Shown: in pieces, positions 26,885 through 35,577 of the stretch
Layout: each line of letters starts with the position of its first letter
How positions within the stretch are numbered: position 1 is the stretch's first letter
From: Kiritimatiellia bacterium
Lineage (GTDB): Bacteria; Verrucomicrobiota; Kiritimatiellia; RFP12; UBA1067
Assembly (NCBI GenBank): GCA_028684935.1
Contig: JAQUEX010000001.1
Coordinates: forward strand, 1 to 53,713
Direction of reading: 5' to 3'
Length of the DNA: 53,713 bases
The notes under the pieces: generated by a model
What the model was told of the DNA's origin: nothing
What the model saw: the letters and a program-made list of their open reading frames with translations, nothing else
The model's database searches: none
Made by a program: the position numbers and the translations under genes

Positions 26885-28369
26885 TCACGCGAAAGGATTC
26901 TCTGCCGGATACCGCACGCCTTCCGGCAGCGGCGTGTCGATGCCGTCCACGCCCAGCAGCTTGACTGCCTCGAACAGCGCGCGCCCGGCGTGCGCGAATC
27001 CGAAGCCGCCGTGATGCGGGAAATGCCGGCCGATCAGCACGTGGCGGTAGAAGCGCGCGAAATCGCGGATGCCCATGATGCCGATCCCGCCGAACGAGCA
27101 GGGGTCGATGTCGAGGATCTCGCCCTCCGCGAGATAACTCACCAGCTCGCCGTCGGCATTGGCCTGCAGCCGGAACATCGTGGCCGGCCCGGGTCTGAGC
27201 GGGCCTTCGAGCGTGCCGCGCGTGATGTCCGGTGCCTGGCCGCCCTCCATCAGGCGGTTCATGATAAGCTGGAACTTCATCGAACAGCTCTTCATGCAGG
27301 AGCTGCACGTGTTGCCGCAGTGGAAACCCATGAAGAGGTCCTTGGGGGGAACGCCCTTGAGGTTCTTGCCCTTGATCACGTCGGCCGGCACGGAGTTGTT
27401 GATGTCGAGCAGGGTGGCGGGCAGTCCCGTCGCGCACTGCAGCATGTACTCGGAGAGCGCGCCGTAGAGGTCCACCTCGCAGGCGACCGGAATGCCGCGC
27501 CCCGCAAGGCGGCTGTTGACGTAGCAGGGCACGAAACCGAACGCACCCTCAAACGACGGCCAGCACTTGTTCGCGAAAACGCCGTAGGATGACGCGCCGA
27601 GATTCGCCTCGTAAAACTTCATCAGGGTCAGCTCATATTGCGCGAGACGCGGCAGCAGGTCCGGCCAGCGGCAGCCCGCGCCCAGCTCTTTCGCCATGTC
27701 GGCAGCGATCGCGGCGATCGCCTTCTTCTCTTTCGCGGCCTCCTTGAAGGCCACCAGCAGGTCCAGCTCGGAGTTTTCCATCACGGACACGCCGAGATCA
27801 TAAAGCGGCTGGATCGGGGCGTTGCACGCCATGAAATCCTGCGGCCGCGGACCGAAACCGAAGATCTTGAGGGCCGTCACGCCGACCACCGTGCGGGCGA
27901 TCGGAACGAACGCGCCGATTGTCTGCGCGAGATCCTTCGGCAGCCCCACGGGATACTGCGGAATGTGCACGGCGAGGCGGCGCAGTCCGATGTTGTACGA
28001 GCAGTTCAGCAGGCCGCACAGCGCGTCGCCGCGGTCGTTCGCAAGGACGGCCTTGTTCTCTTCGGCCGCGGCCACGGCCATACAGGGGCCGGGGAACTCC
28101 TGCAGGAACAGCGCGGTCGGCGCCTCCGGGCCGAAATTGCCCAGGTAAGCGACGGCCGCGTTGCATCCTGCCGCAACCAGCTCGTCGCACGCGGCCAGCG
28201 CCTGCGCCTCGTTCTCGACGATCACCGTCGAGGCGACCGCAAGCACCTTCTGCTTCTTCAATTCTGCCATCAGCGCGTCCAGGCGCTTCTGCGTCAGCGA
28301 GGCGGGGAAACAGTCCCGCGACACGCCGACGATCCCGATCTTGATCTCAGGCACATTCGTCAGACTCAT
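26885..28369 (-). CDS. L-fucose/L-arabinose isomerase-family sugar isomerase (candidate L-arabinose isomerase of this operon)
   Basis: 494 aa. The N-terminus 'IKIGIVGVSRDCFP...' and overall length fit the FucI-like family rather than classical AraA. It is the last gene after araB-araD. Start trimmed to the ATG at 28369, which has an SD. Confidence 0.6.
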   Translation of the reverse strand: MSLTNVPEIKIGIVGVSRDCFPASLTQKRLDALMAELKKQKVLAVASTVIVENEAQALAACDELVAAGCNAAVAYLGNFGPEAPTALFLQEFPGPCMAVAAAEENKAVLANDRGDALCGLLNCSYNIGLRRLAVHIPQYPVGLPKDLAQTIGAFVPIARTVVGVTALKIFGFGPRPQDFMACNAPIQPLYDLGVSVMENSELDLLVAFKEAAKEKKAIAAIAADMAKELGAGCRWPDLLPRLAQYELTLMKFYEANLGASSYGVFANKCWPSFEGAFGFVPCYVNSRLAGRGIPVACEVDLYGALSEYMLQCATGLPATLLDINNSVPADVIKGKNLKGVPPKDLFMGFHCGNTCSSCMKSCSMKFQLIMNRLMEGGQAPDITRGTLEGPLRPGPATMFRLQANADGELVSYLAEGEILDIDPCSFGGIGIMGIRDFARFYRHVLIGRHFPHHGGFGFAHAGRALFEAVKLLGVDGIDTPLPEGVRYPAENPFA

Positions 28370-28424
28370 CGTTCTCTCCTTTGTCCTTGCACAGTCCTTG
28401 TTTGATTTCGGGAAGTCCCGTTGG

Positions 28425-29123
28425 TTATCGGTCGGTTCCCTGACCATAATAAGCGCCGGGACCGTGTTTACGTCCGTAATGTTTGTCGAGCAGATAGCCG
28501 GGCAGCGGGACGGCCTCAGGGCGGAGCGCAACGGTCGCGGCGGCCATCTGCGCGATCGCCTCTAGCGCGACCGCGTTCTCGACCGCCTTCAAGGGATCGG
28601 GCCCCCAAACGAAGGGACCGTGCCCCGCCGCCAGCACGCCGGGAACCGCATCGGGATCCAGACCGCGGAAGTGCTCGACGATCAGCAGGCCGATATGACG
28701 CTCATACTGTTCGCGCACCTCCTCCTCCGTCGGCATCCGCACGACGGGGACCGCGCCGTGGAAATGGTCGGCGTGCGTCGTGCCGAAACACGGAATCTCG
28801 CGCCCTGCCTGCGCGAAGGCCGTGGCGGCCGCGCTGTGCGTGTGCACCACGCCGCCGACGTTCGGGAAGGCCTTGTACAGGACCGCGTGGGTCGGCGTGT
28901 CGGAAGAAGGCGCGTAACGTCCCTCGACCACCCTCTCGTCGAGATCGGTCACCGTCATCGCCTCGGGCGTCAGCTCGTCATACGGCACGCCGCTGGGCTT
29001 GATCACCATGAGGCCGCGCGCACGGTCGATGCCGCTGACGTTGCCCCACGTGAGCGTCACCAAGCCGTGCCGCACCAGCGCAAGGTTGGCGTCGCAGACG
29101 ATTGCTTTGAGTGCATCGAGCAT
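28425..29123 (-). CDS. araD: L-ribulose-5-phosphate 4-epimerase
   Basis: 'TWGNVSGIDRARGLMVIKPSGVPYDELT...SDTPTHAVLYKAFPNVGGVVHTHS' is a class II aldolase/AraD signature. Confidence 0.85.
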   Translation of the reverse strand: MLDALKAIVCDANLALVRHGLVTLTWGNVSGIDRARGLMVIKPSGVPYDELTPEAMTVTDLDERVVEGRYAPSSDTPTHAVLYKAFPNVGGVVHTHSAAATAFAQAGREIPCFGTTHADHFHGAVPVVRMPTEEEVREQYERHIGLLIVEHFRGLDPDAVPGVLAAGHGPFVWGPDPLKAVENAVALEAIAQMAAATVALRPEAVPLPGYLLDKHYGRKHGPGAYYGQGTDR

Positions 29124-29204
29124 ATTTGTTCCCTTGAAAGAATCGAAGAAATCGATTCAATCGCATCATTCGCATCCGTCGATTCCCTCGACCGGCCTGC
29201 CCCC

Positions 29205-30887
29205 TTACCGCTGCCGTTCCCGGAGCGCGATCAGCTCTTTCATGACAGTGGCCATTCCGCCGCTCCACGCGGCGGTTCCGAAGCCGTCGTGAAGCTGCCG
29301 GTACAACGTGAACAGCTCGGCGTAAACCGCCGCGTTCGCCGCAATCGGCCGGTAAACCCGCTCGCGCACGCGGCAAACCTTGGCCTGCGCCGTTTCGATA
29401 TCGGGGAACGCACCCGCCGCGACCGCGCCGAAGAGCGCCGCGCCCAACGCGCAGGTCTGGTCCGACGCCGCCACCGCCATCGGCATGTTCAGCACGTCGG
29501 CGTAGACTTGCATCAGGAACGGGCTCTTGACCGCCAAGCCGCCGCAGGTGATGACCTGTTCCACCGGCACGCCGTACGCGCGCACGCGGTCCACAATCAT
29601 GCGCGCCCCGAAGGCCGTGGCCTCCACGAGCGCGCGGTAAATCTCCGCCGCAGTCGTGTGCAGGGTCTGTCCGAGCAGCAGGCCGGAAAGCCGCACATCC
29701 GTCAGTACGCAGCGGTTGCCGTTATTCCAGTCAAGCGCCAGCAGCCCGCTCTCGCCCGGCTTGAACCCGGCGGCGGCCTGATCCAGCGCCACGAATTTCT
29801 CCCCCTGGGAGGCTCCGTAGGTGTCCGGCACCAGATGGTTCACGAACCAGAGGAAAATATCGCCCACCGCCGACTGTCCGGCTTCGATGCCGATGTAGCC
29901 GGGCATCACGGAGCCGTCCACGATGCCGCACACGCCGGGAATGTCTTGCAGCGGGCGGTCGTTTGGGGCGACCAAAAGGTCGCAGGTGCTGGTGCCGAGG
30001 ATCTTCGCCAGCTTGCCGGCGGCGCAGCCGGCGCCGACCGCGCCCATGTGGGCGTCGAACGCGCCGACCGCCACGGCGATGCCGGCGGGCAGCCCGAGCG
30101 TGTCCGCCCACCCGGCGCAAAGCCCGCCCGCCTTGACGTCGGCGGTATGGGCGGTCGTATAGAGGCGGTCGCGCAGGTCGGCCAGCGCGGGGTCCAGCGC
30201 CGCCAGAAACGCTTTGTCCGGCAGGCCGCCCCATGTTTCCGCGTACATCGCCTTGTGTCCGGCTGCGCAGACGCCGCGTTTGAGCGCGAGCGGATCCTCG
30301 ACGCCCGTGAGCAACGCCGGGATCCAGTCGCATAATTCGACAAAGCTGAACGCGGCTTCAAACACGCGCGGCGCCGCGCGCTTGAGATGCAGGATTTTCG
30401 CCCAGAACCATTCGGACGAGTAGGTGCCGCCGCACTTGGCGAGATACGCTGGGCGCAGGACGCGGGCCAACGCCGTGATCTCGGCCGCCTCGGCGTGGCT
30501 CGTATGGTCCTTCCAAAGCCAGGCCTGCGCATCGGGGTTGTCCTTGAATCCGGGACGCAGCGCCAGCGGCGTGCCGCAACGGTCCACAGGCATCGGCGTC
30601 GAGCCGGTCGTGTCGACCCCGATACCCACCACCGCGTCGGGCGAGAAGGCCGGATCGGCGACGCGCGCCTTTTTCAGGCCTTCGACAACGATCGCGATCA
30701 GGCCGTCGCGATAGTCGGCCGGATTCTGGCGCGCGACATTCGGGTCGCGCGGGTCGACGATCACTCCCTGTAGCCCCGAGGGGTAATTGTAGACGTGCGA
30801 GGCGACCTCCGCGCCGTTGTCGAGGTTGACGATCAGCGAGCGGCACGAGTTGGTGCCGTAGTCCAAACCGATTGCGTAACGGGTCAT
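29205..30887 (-). CDS. araB: ribulokinase
   Basis: 560 aa. The FGGY kinase N-terminus 'YAIGLDYGTNSCRSLIV' and overall AraB length and layout. Confidence 0.85.
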   Translation of the reverse strand: MTRYAIGLDYGTNSCRSLIVNLDNGAEVASHVYNYPSGLQGVIVDPRDPNVARQNPADYRDGLIAIVVEGLKKARVADPAFSPDAVVGIGVDTTGSTPMPVDRCGTPLALRPGFKDNPDAQAWLWKDHTSHAEAAEITALARVLRPAYLAKCGGTYSSEWFWAKILHLKRAAPRVFEAAFSFVELCDWIPALLTGVEDPLALKRGVCAAGHKAMYAETWGGLPDKAFLAALDPALADLRDRLYTTAHTADVKAGGLCAGWADTLGLPAGIAVAVGAFDAHMGAVGAGCAAGKLAKILGTSTCDLLVAPNDRPLQDIPGVCGIVDGSVMPGYIGIEAGQSAVGDIFLWFVNHLVPDTYGASQGEKFVALDQAAAGFKPGESGLLALDWNNGNRCVLTDVRLSGLLLGQTLHTTAAEIYRALVEATAFGARMIVDRVRAYGVPVEQVITCGGLAVKSPFLMQVYADVLNMPMAVAASDQTCALGAALFGAVAAGAFPDIETAQAKVCRVRERVYRPIAANAAVYAELFTLYRQLHDGFGTAAWSGGMATVMKELIALRERQR

Positions 30888-30923
30888 CTCCTCACTCCCT
30901 TCCTTTCGCCCCCCTGCCGCCGT

Positions 30924-33425
30924 TTACTCCGCCTTGATTCTGAGGATCGTGAGCGAATGCGCGGGAAGTGTCACGTGCGAAACCGCGCCCGGAATGTCAA
31001 GCGCGTCCTCTTTCGGCGCGATCTTGTGAGGCTCTTCCATCGTGTTCACATCATCCGGACGGCCGGCCAGCGTGATGCGCCGTGCCTTTTGCGCCTTCAC
31101 GTTGGCCCCCGCCAGACTGAGCGCGAGCGTCAACGGGGCGTTGTGCGGATTGACGCCCTTCACCACGATCTCGCCCGCCGTCCCGTCCCGGCCGGCCACG
31201 AGATAGGCGCGCGCCGCCTGCCCGTTCGGCAGCCGTTGATCGAAGAGCGGCTGGCCGTCGAGCCAGGCACGCACACGCTCGCCGTCAAGCTGGAGCTTGA
31301 TCGCGTACCAGCGCCCGGTCTCGATCGAACCGGGCTGGCGGACGACCGGATTCTGCCCGTTCTGCTCGATGCCGTGTTGCTTGTTGCCCCAGCCGCCGAG
31401 GTTCAGGTGAACCGTCTTGTCGCGCTGGTCGCGGACGCGGATGATGAAGCCCTCCTTGCCCGACAGTTTGCGGGCGTTGAGTTCAAGGGTGTAGTTGTCC
31501 CATGGCGCGCCCGCGATGAAGCTGGACACGGTCTCCCGCACCGTCTCGTCGGATTGGCGCAGCGCACCGTCCTTGACCGACCATGCGCCCTCCTTCGACT
31601 TCGACCAGCCCTTTGTTCCCGCCTTCGGGTCAAACGCATAGAGGGCCTCACCGCCGCGCGTGACGCGGATGTCCTTGAACTCGGCGGCCGTCTCCCACGT
31701 GTGCAGCCCGATCGTCCCCGCCGGCGGCAGCGGCGCGAGATTATCCGACACCTCCACGGGCAGCAAGACATCCGGCAGGTTGTTCATGAACAGCTTCTGC
31801 ACGTGGTATGAGGGCGTGCCGAAGGCGCGCGTGTTATCGAACCAGATGAGATCGATGTTCCACTGCGTGCGGCCGATCTTGTTGAAGAGCGGCGCGTACG
31901 CGGCCATGCGCACCACGTCGGAGTTGCGCTCGAAGCCGGTCATTGCCGCCGCTTCGCACAGCGCGGCAAGCAGGTTGTTCTTGCGGTCGCGCGTGTGGCA
32001 GGCATATTCGCCGACATAGACCTTGGGCCCATTGCGGTCATAGCGGTCATAGCGCGTGGCCTGAGCCAGGAACCATTCCGGAGGCTTGTAGAAATGTTCA
32101 TCGACCAGTTCCGCCTGCATCTCCGGCAGCCGGCGCCACGCCAGTTCGAACATCGGTCCCTCCGGCGCGGCGCCGGCGGAGGAGATGATCGCGATCTCGG
32201 GATGCTTGGCTTTGACCGCCTGTGCGATGATCGCGTAGCGGTCGAGGAAGGGCGTGTCCCAGTTTTCGTTGCCGATGCCGACGTACTTGAGATTGAACGG
32301 CGCGGGGTGGCCCATCTCGGCGCGCACGCGGCCCCACGGCGTGTCCGGCGCGCCGTTAGCGAATTCGATCAGGTCGAGCGCGTCACGGACTACCAGGTCG
32401 AGGCTGTCGAGCGGCAGGCACTCCAGCGGTTTGCGGAACTGGCAGGTCATACCCGCCGCCAAGATCGGCAGCGGCTCGGCACCGAGATCCTCGGCCATTT
32501 GAAAGTACTCGTAGTAACCCAGGCCGTGGCTCTGCCAATACCCCCAGCGGTTGTGGTTCAGCGCGCGGCGTTCCAGCGGTCCGACCGTGCGTTTCCAGTG
32601 GTAAAGCGTCTCGAAGTTATACCCTTCCACCACGCAGCCGCCGGGAAAGCGCAGCGTCGCGGGTTTCATCTCCGCCAGCATCTCCATCAGGTCTTTGCGG
32701 AGCCCGTTCTTGCGGCCCTTGTAGGTGTCTTGCGGGAAGAGTGAGACCAGATCGAGATCCACGGTTCCGTGCGCGTCGAGCAGCACCGCGAGCCGCGCGT
32801 TCGTCACTGTCGCGGTCGGCGCGAAGAGCGCCTCGTAACGTGCCCAAGGCGCAGGTGGCGGCGGGTCCAGCGGCGAGACGGCCTGTCCGTCTGGGCACGC
32901 TGTCTTCCAGGCCTCTTTCACGATGCGGAACGCGGCCAGCGGCTGCCGTTGTGCATCTTCCAGCCGCACGGTGAGCCCGCCCGCATAGCCGGCGTGACGG
33001 CGCGCGTAGAAGGAGAGCGCGTACGTTTTGCCCTGCTGCACCGCCATGCCGCCGAAACCGTCATTGGCCACGCCCGCGCCTTCTCCCGGCGCATAACACT
33101 CGACGCGCAGATACTGGAAGGTGTTGGGATGCACCGGATCGGCCCCTTGCAGCGAGATCCTCCCCATCGCCGCGCCGCGCCACTCTCGCGTCCATCCGTC
33201 CGGCTCCTGCGTGCGCCAGTCGAATCCCCGGTTCGCGATCAGTTCCGGATAGAGTCCGCCGTCGGCCGCATCATTGATGTCCTCGAAAAAGATGCCGTAG
33301 AGTGTCCGCGGGATCGCGTGACCCGGACGGTCCGCGCGCACGGTCACGGCCAGCGGCTCTTGCTGCGCACGGACTCCTGCTGCCGCAACCACAAACATAA
33401 CGAAGCCGATTCGCACCGTTCTCAT
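30924..33425 (-). CDS. secreted GH51 alpha-L-arabinofuranosidase with a C-terminal ConA-like/DUF1080-like module
   Basis: 'LRFPGGCVVEGYNF' and 'KYVGIGNENW' are GH51 catalytic-region motifs, followed by an extra lectin-like domain of about 200 aa. Start trimmed to the ATG at 33425 (MRTVRIGFVMFVVAAAG). Confidence 0.75.
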   Translation of the reverse strand: MRTVRIGFVMFVVAAAGVRAQQEPLAVTVRADRPGHAIPRTLYGIFFEDINDAADGGLYPELIANRGFDWRTQEPDGWTREWRGAAMGRISLQGADPVHPNTFQYLRVECYAPGEGAGVANDGFGGMAVQQGKTYALSFYARRHAGYAGGLTVRLEDAQRQPLAAFRIVKEAWKTACPDGQAVSPLDPPPPAPWARYEALFAPTATVTNARLAVLLDAHGTVDLDLVSLFPQDTYKGRKNGLRKDLMEMLAEMKPATLRFPGGCVVEGYNFETLYHWKRTVGPLERRALNHNRWGYWQSHGLGYYEYFQMAEDLGAEPLPILAAGMTCQFRKPLECLPLDSLDLVVRDALDLIEFANGAPDTPWGRVRAEMGHPAPFNLKYVGIGNENWDTPFLDRYAIIAQAVKAKHPEIAIISSAGAAPEGPMFELAWRRLPEMQAELVDEHFYKPPEWFLAQATRYDRYDRNGPKVYVGEYACHTRDRKNNLLAALCEAAAMTGFERNSDVVRMAAYAPLFNKIGRTQWNIDLIWFDNTRAFGTPSYHVQKLFMNNLPDVLLPVEVSDNLAPLPPAGTIGLHTWETAAEFKDIRVTRGGEALYAFDPKAGTKGWSKSKEGAWSVKDGALRQSDETVRETVSSFIAGAPWDNYTLELNARKLSGKEGFIIRVRDQRDKTVHLNLGGWGNKQHGIEQNGQNPVVRQPGSIETGRWYAIKLQLDGERVRAWLDGQPLFDQRLPNGQAARAYLVAGRDGTAGEIVVKGVNPHNAPLTLALSLAGANVKAQKARRITLAGRPDDVNTMEEPHKIAPKEDALDIPGAVSHVTLPAHSLTILRIKAE

Positions 33426-33440
33426 TCTATGCCTCCCTCC

Positions 33441-33496
33441 GTTGCCGATTGCCCATTGCCCATTGCCCATTGCCCATTACCTACGGCCCATTGCCC
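33441..33496. repeat. heptanucleotide tandem repeat (ATTGCCC), 4 perfect units within about 8 units
   Basis: The units read GTTGCCG ATTGCCC x4 ATTACCT ACGGCCC ATTGCCC. They fill the gap between the SSS transporter stop (33498) and the GH51 start (33425). Confidence 0.85.
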
Positions 33497-33497
33497 C

Positions 33498-35222
33498 TCA
33501 CCGCAACCACGTCCAGAAATACGCATAGGCGGTGAGCACCAGGCCCACCACGACGCACGACGCGATCACATCCACCCGATTCCAGCTCGCCCGGTTTTCG
33601 CGGCGGTACGCCGTGTCGAGCGTGCTGAAGCAAAGCCCGCTGATCGCGGCGGGGTCGGGCGCGGGCGCGGTCAGCGAAGCCGCCACCACCACCGCCACGC
33701 TGACGGCCAGCAACAGTCCCGAAAAATAAAAGTCCTGGAACGTCGCGATCCGCGTCAACAACGCCGCAGGATCACCCGTCCGGCAGAGCGCGTTGACGGT
33801 GAGTTTGGACATGCCGATCACGAAGCCCGCCGAAAGGCCCCAGACCGCGCCGCGCAGATTGCAGCGCTTCCAGCACAGGCCGAGCAGAAAGACCGCGACG
33901 ATCGGCGGCGCGAGAAAGCTCTGCACCGATTGAATGTACTGGTACAGGCCGCCGCCGGAAACCGCTTTCATGATCGGCAGCCAGACCAGGCCCAACGTCG
34001 TCATCACGACCGTGGTCAACCGCCCGACGTGCACCAGCCACTTCTCCGAAACGCCGACATGCAGCTTCTTGTAGACGTCGACCGTGAAGAGCGTCGCCAC
34101 CGAGTTGAAGAGGCTCGCGAGCGAACTCATCAGCGCGGCCACAAGCCCCGCCACGACCAGGCCGCGGAAACCGGCCGGCAGCAGCGCGGTCACCAGCGTC
34201 GGGAAAACTTTATCGCCATCGACGGCCCCCGCCGAGTCGAGTGGAATCTGAATGATGCCGTGCTGGTGCAGGGCATATCCCAGCATGCCGGGTATCAGGA
34301 AGATAAAAACCGGCGTGAGCTTGAGAAAACCGCCCCACAGTGCGCCGCGGCGGGCGTGTGTCAGGTTGCGCGCCGAAAGCGTGCGCTGGATAATGAACTG
34401 ATCCGTGCACCAATACCAGACACCGACCGTCACCGATGCGACCACCACGCCCAGCCACGGCAGCGTCGGATGCGAAAGCGGGTGCCAGAGCGAGAAGGCG
34501 TCAACCACGGCGGGGGAGTCTTTGAGCGTCGCCTTCAGCACCCCCCACCCGTCCAGCACGCCCCCTTGCGGGAGCGTGCCCCCCAGTTTGGTGAGCGCGA
34601 AAAATGTCACGGAGAGCGAGCCCGTCAGAATGATGCCGGTCTGCACGAGGTCGGTATAGACCACCGCCAGCAGCCCCCCGAACGACGCGTAAACGCCGGC
34701 CAGCGTCACCGTCGTGAACGCCCCGATCCAGAACGAGCTGACCGTATGGCCCGCGATGTTCAGCGACAGCTCAGGCAACATCACCTCGAAGAAGAGCGCG
34801 CCGGCGAAGACCGTCACCGAGATCTTGGTCAGCACGTACGCGGCCAGCGACACGAGCGAGAGAATCCAGCGCGCGCGCGCGCCGAAGCGCCGCTCCAAAA
34901 ACTCCGGCATGGTCTGCACGCCGGACGTGTAGTAGAAGGGCAGGAAGACCCAGGCCATCAGCACCAGCACCCAAGCATGAAACTCCCAGTGCGCCATGCT
35001 GAGCCCGGTCCGCGCGCCCTGCCCCGCCAGACCGATCACGTGCTCCGAACCGATGTTCGCAGCGAAAATCGACGCGCCGATCGCCAGCCAGCCCACGCTG
35101 CGTCCGCCGAGGAAGAAATCCTCGGATGTGTCCTGCCTGCGCCGGGTCAAGACCACGACGGCCGCCAGCACGGCAAAGTAACCCAGAATCACAAGCCAAT
35201 CCAACGGAGCCATGATGGTCAT
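33498..35222 (-). CDS. sodium:solute symporter (SSS/SGLT family)
   Basis: 'FFLGGRSVGWLAIGASIFAANIGSEHVIGLAGQG' is an SSS-family signature. The protein is polytopic, 574 aa. Confidence 0.8.
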   Translation of the reverse strand: MTIMAPLDWLVILGYFAVLAAVVVLTRRRQDTSEDFFLGGRSVGWLAIGASIFAANIGSEHVIGLAGQGARTGLSMAHWEFHAWVLVLMAWVFLPFYYTSGVQTMPEFLERRFGARARWILSLVSLAAYVLTKISVTVFAGALFFEVMLPELSLNIAGHTVSSFWIGAFTTVTLAGVYASFGGLLAVVYTDLVQTGIILTGSLSVTFFALTKLGGTLPQGGVLDGWGVLKATLKDSPAVVDAFSLWHPLSHPTLPWLGVVVASVTVGVWYWCTDQFIIQRTLSARNLTHARRGALWGGFLKLTPVFIFLIPGMLGYALHQHGIIQIPLDSAGAVDGDKVFPTLVTALLPAGFRGLVVAGLVAALMSSLASLFNSVATLFTVDVYKKLHVGVSEKWLVHVGRLTTVVMTTLGLVWLPIMKAVSGGGLYQYIQSVQSFLAPPIVAVFLLGLCWKRCNLRGAVWGLSAGFVIGMSKLTVNALCRTGDPAALLTRIATFQDFYFSGLLLAVSVAVVVAASLTAPAPDPAAISGLCFSTLDTAYRRENRASWNRVDVIASCVVVGLVLTAYAYFWTWLR

Positions 35223-35436
35223 AAGGTGCTCTTCCCCTTGGTGAGATTCATTTACGGGGACACTTTAACGCCAGACCGTCAGACGTCTCAATTGCATTTC
35301 CTGCAAACCCGATTGTAATTATGGCACTCCGCGATGATTTCGTGCGCGGCGTCCGAGCCTCCGCGGGCCGCGCCGTAGCCGCTCTTTTTGAACGTGTCGC
35401 AATAGACCAGCCAGCGATCGAAGTGTAGGACTAAGC

Positions 35437-35561
35437 GTAAACGATGAAGTGTTTGGCCGCCTGATCCAACGGCTTTTTCTGGCAAAACTGAATCGCACCT
35501 GCGGGGTGGGCGGGGTGGCTAATCGCACGCTTGACCTCACACTTAACACTTAGTCGTTTAC
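35437..35561. promoter_or_regulatory. 17-bp inverted repeat pair (15/17) plus direct repeats in the promoter region of the arabinose operon
   Basis: GTAAACGATGAAGTGTT (35437-35453) pairs with the reverse complement of AACACTTAGTCGTTTAC (35545-35561). AATCGCAC occurs twice (35491, 35521). GGGGTGG GC GGGGTGG lies in between. The region has low GC for this window. Confidence 0.35.
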
Positions 35562-35577
35562 ACGTAATCGGATACAC

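Noticed and set aside
35288-35485. 65-aa minus-strand ORF in the arabinose promoter region considered as an intact small gene.
   Set aside because: The first third has AT-rich third positions unlike the genome, there is no SD, and only the central part looks coding. It is treated as a possible gene remnant, not a feature.
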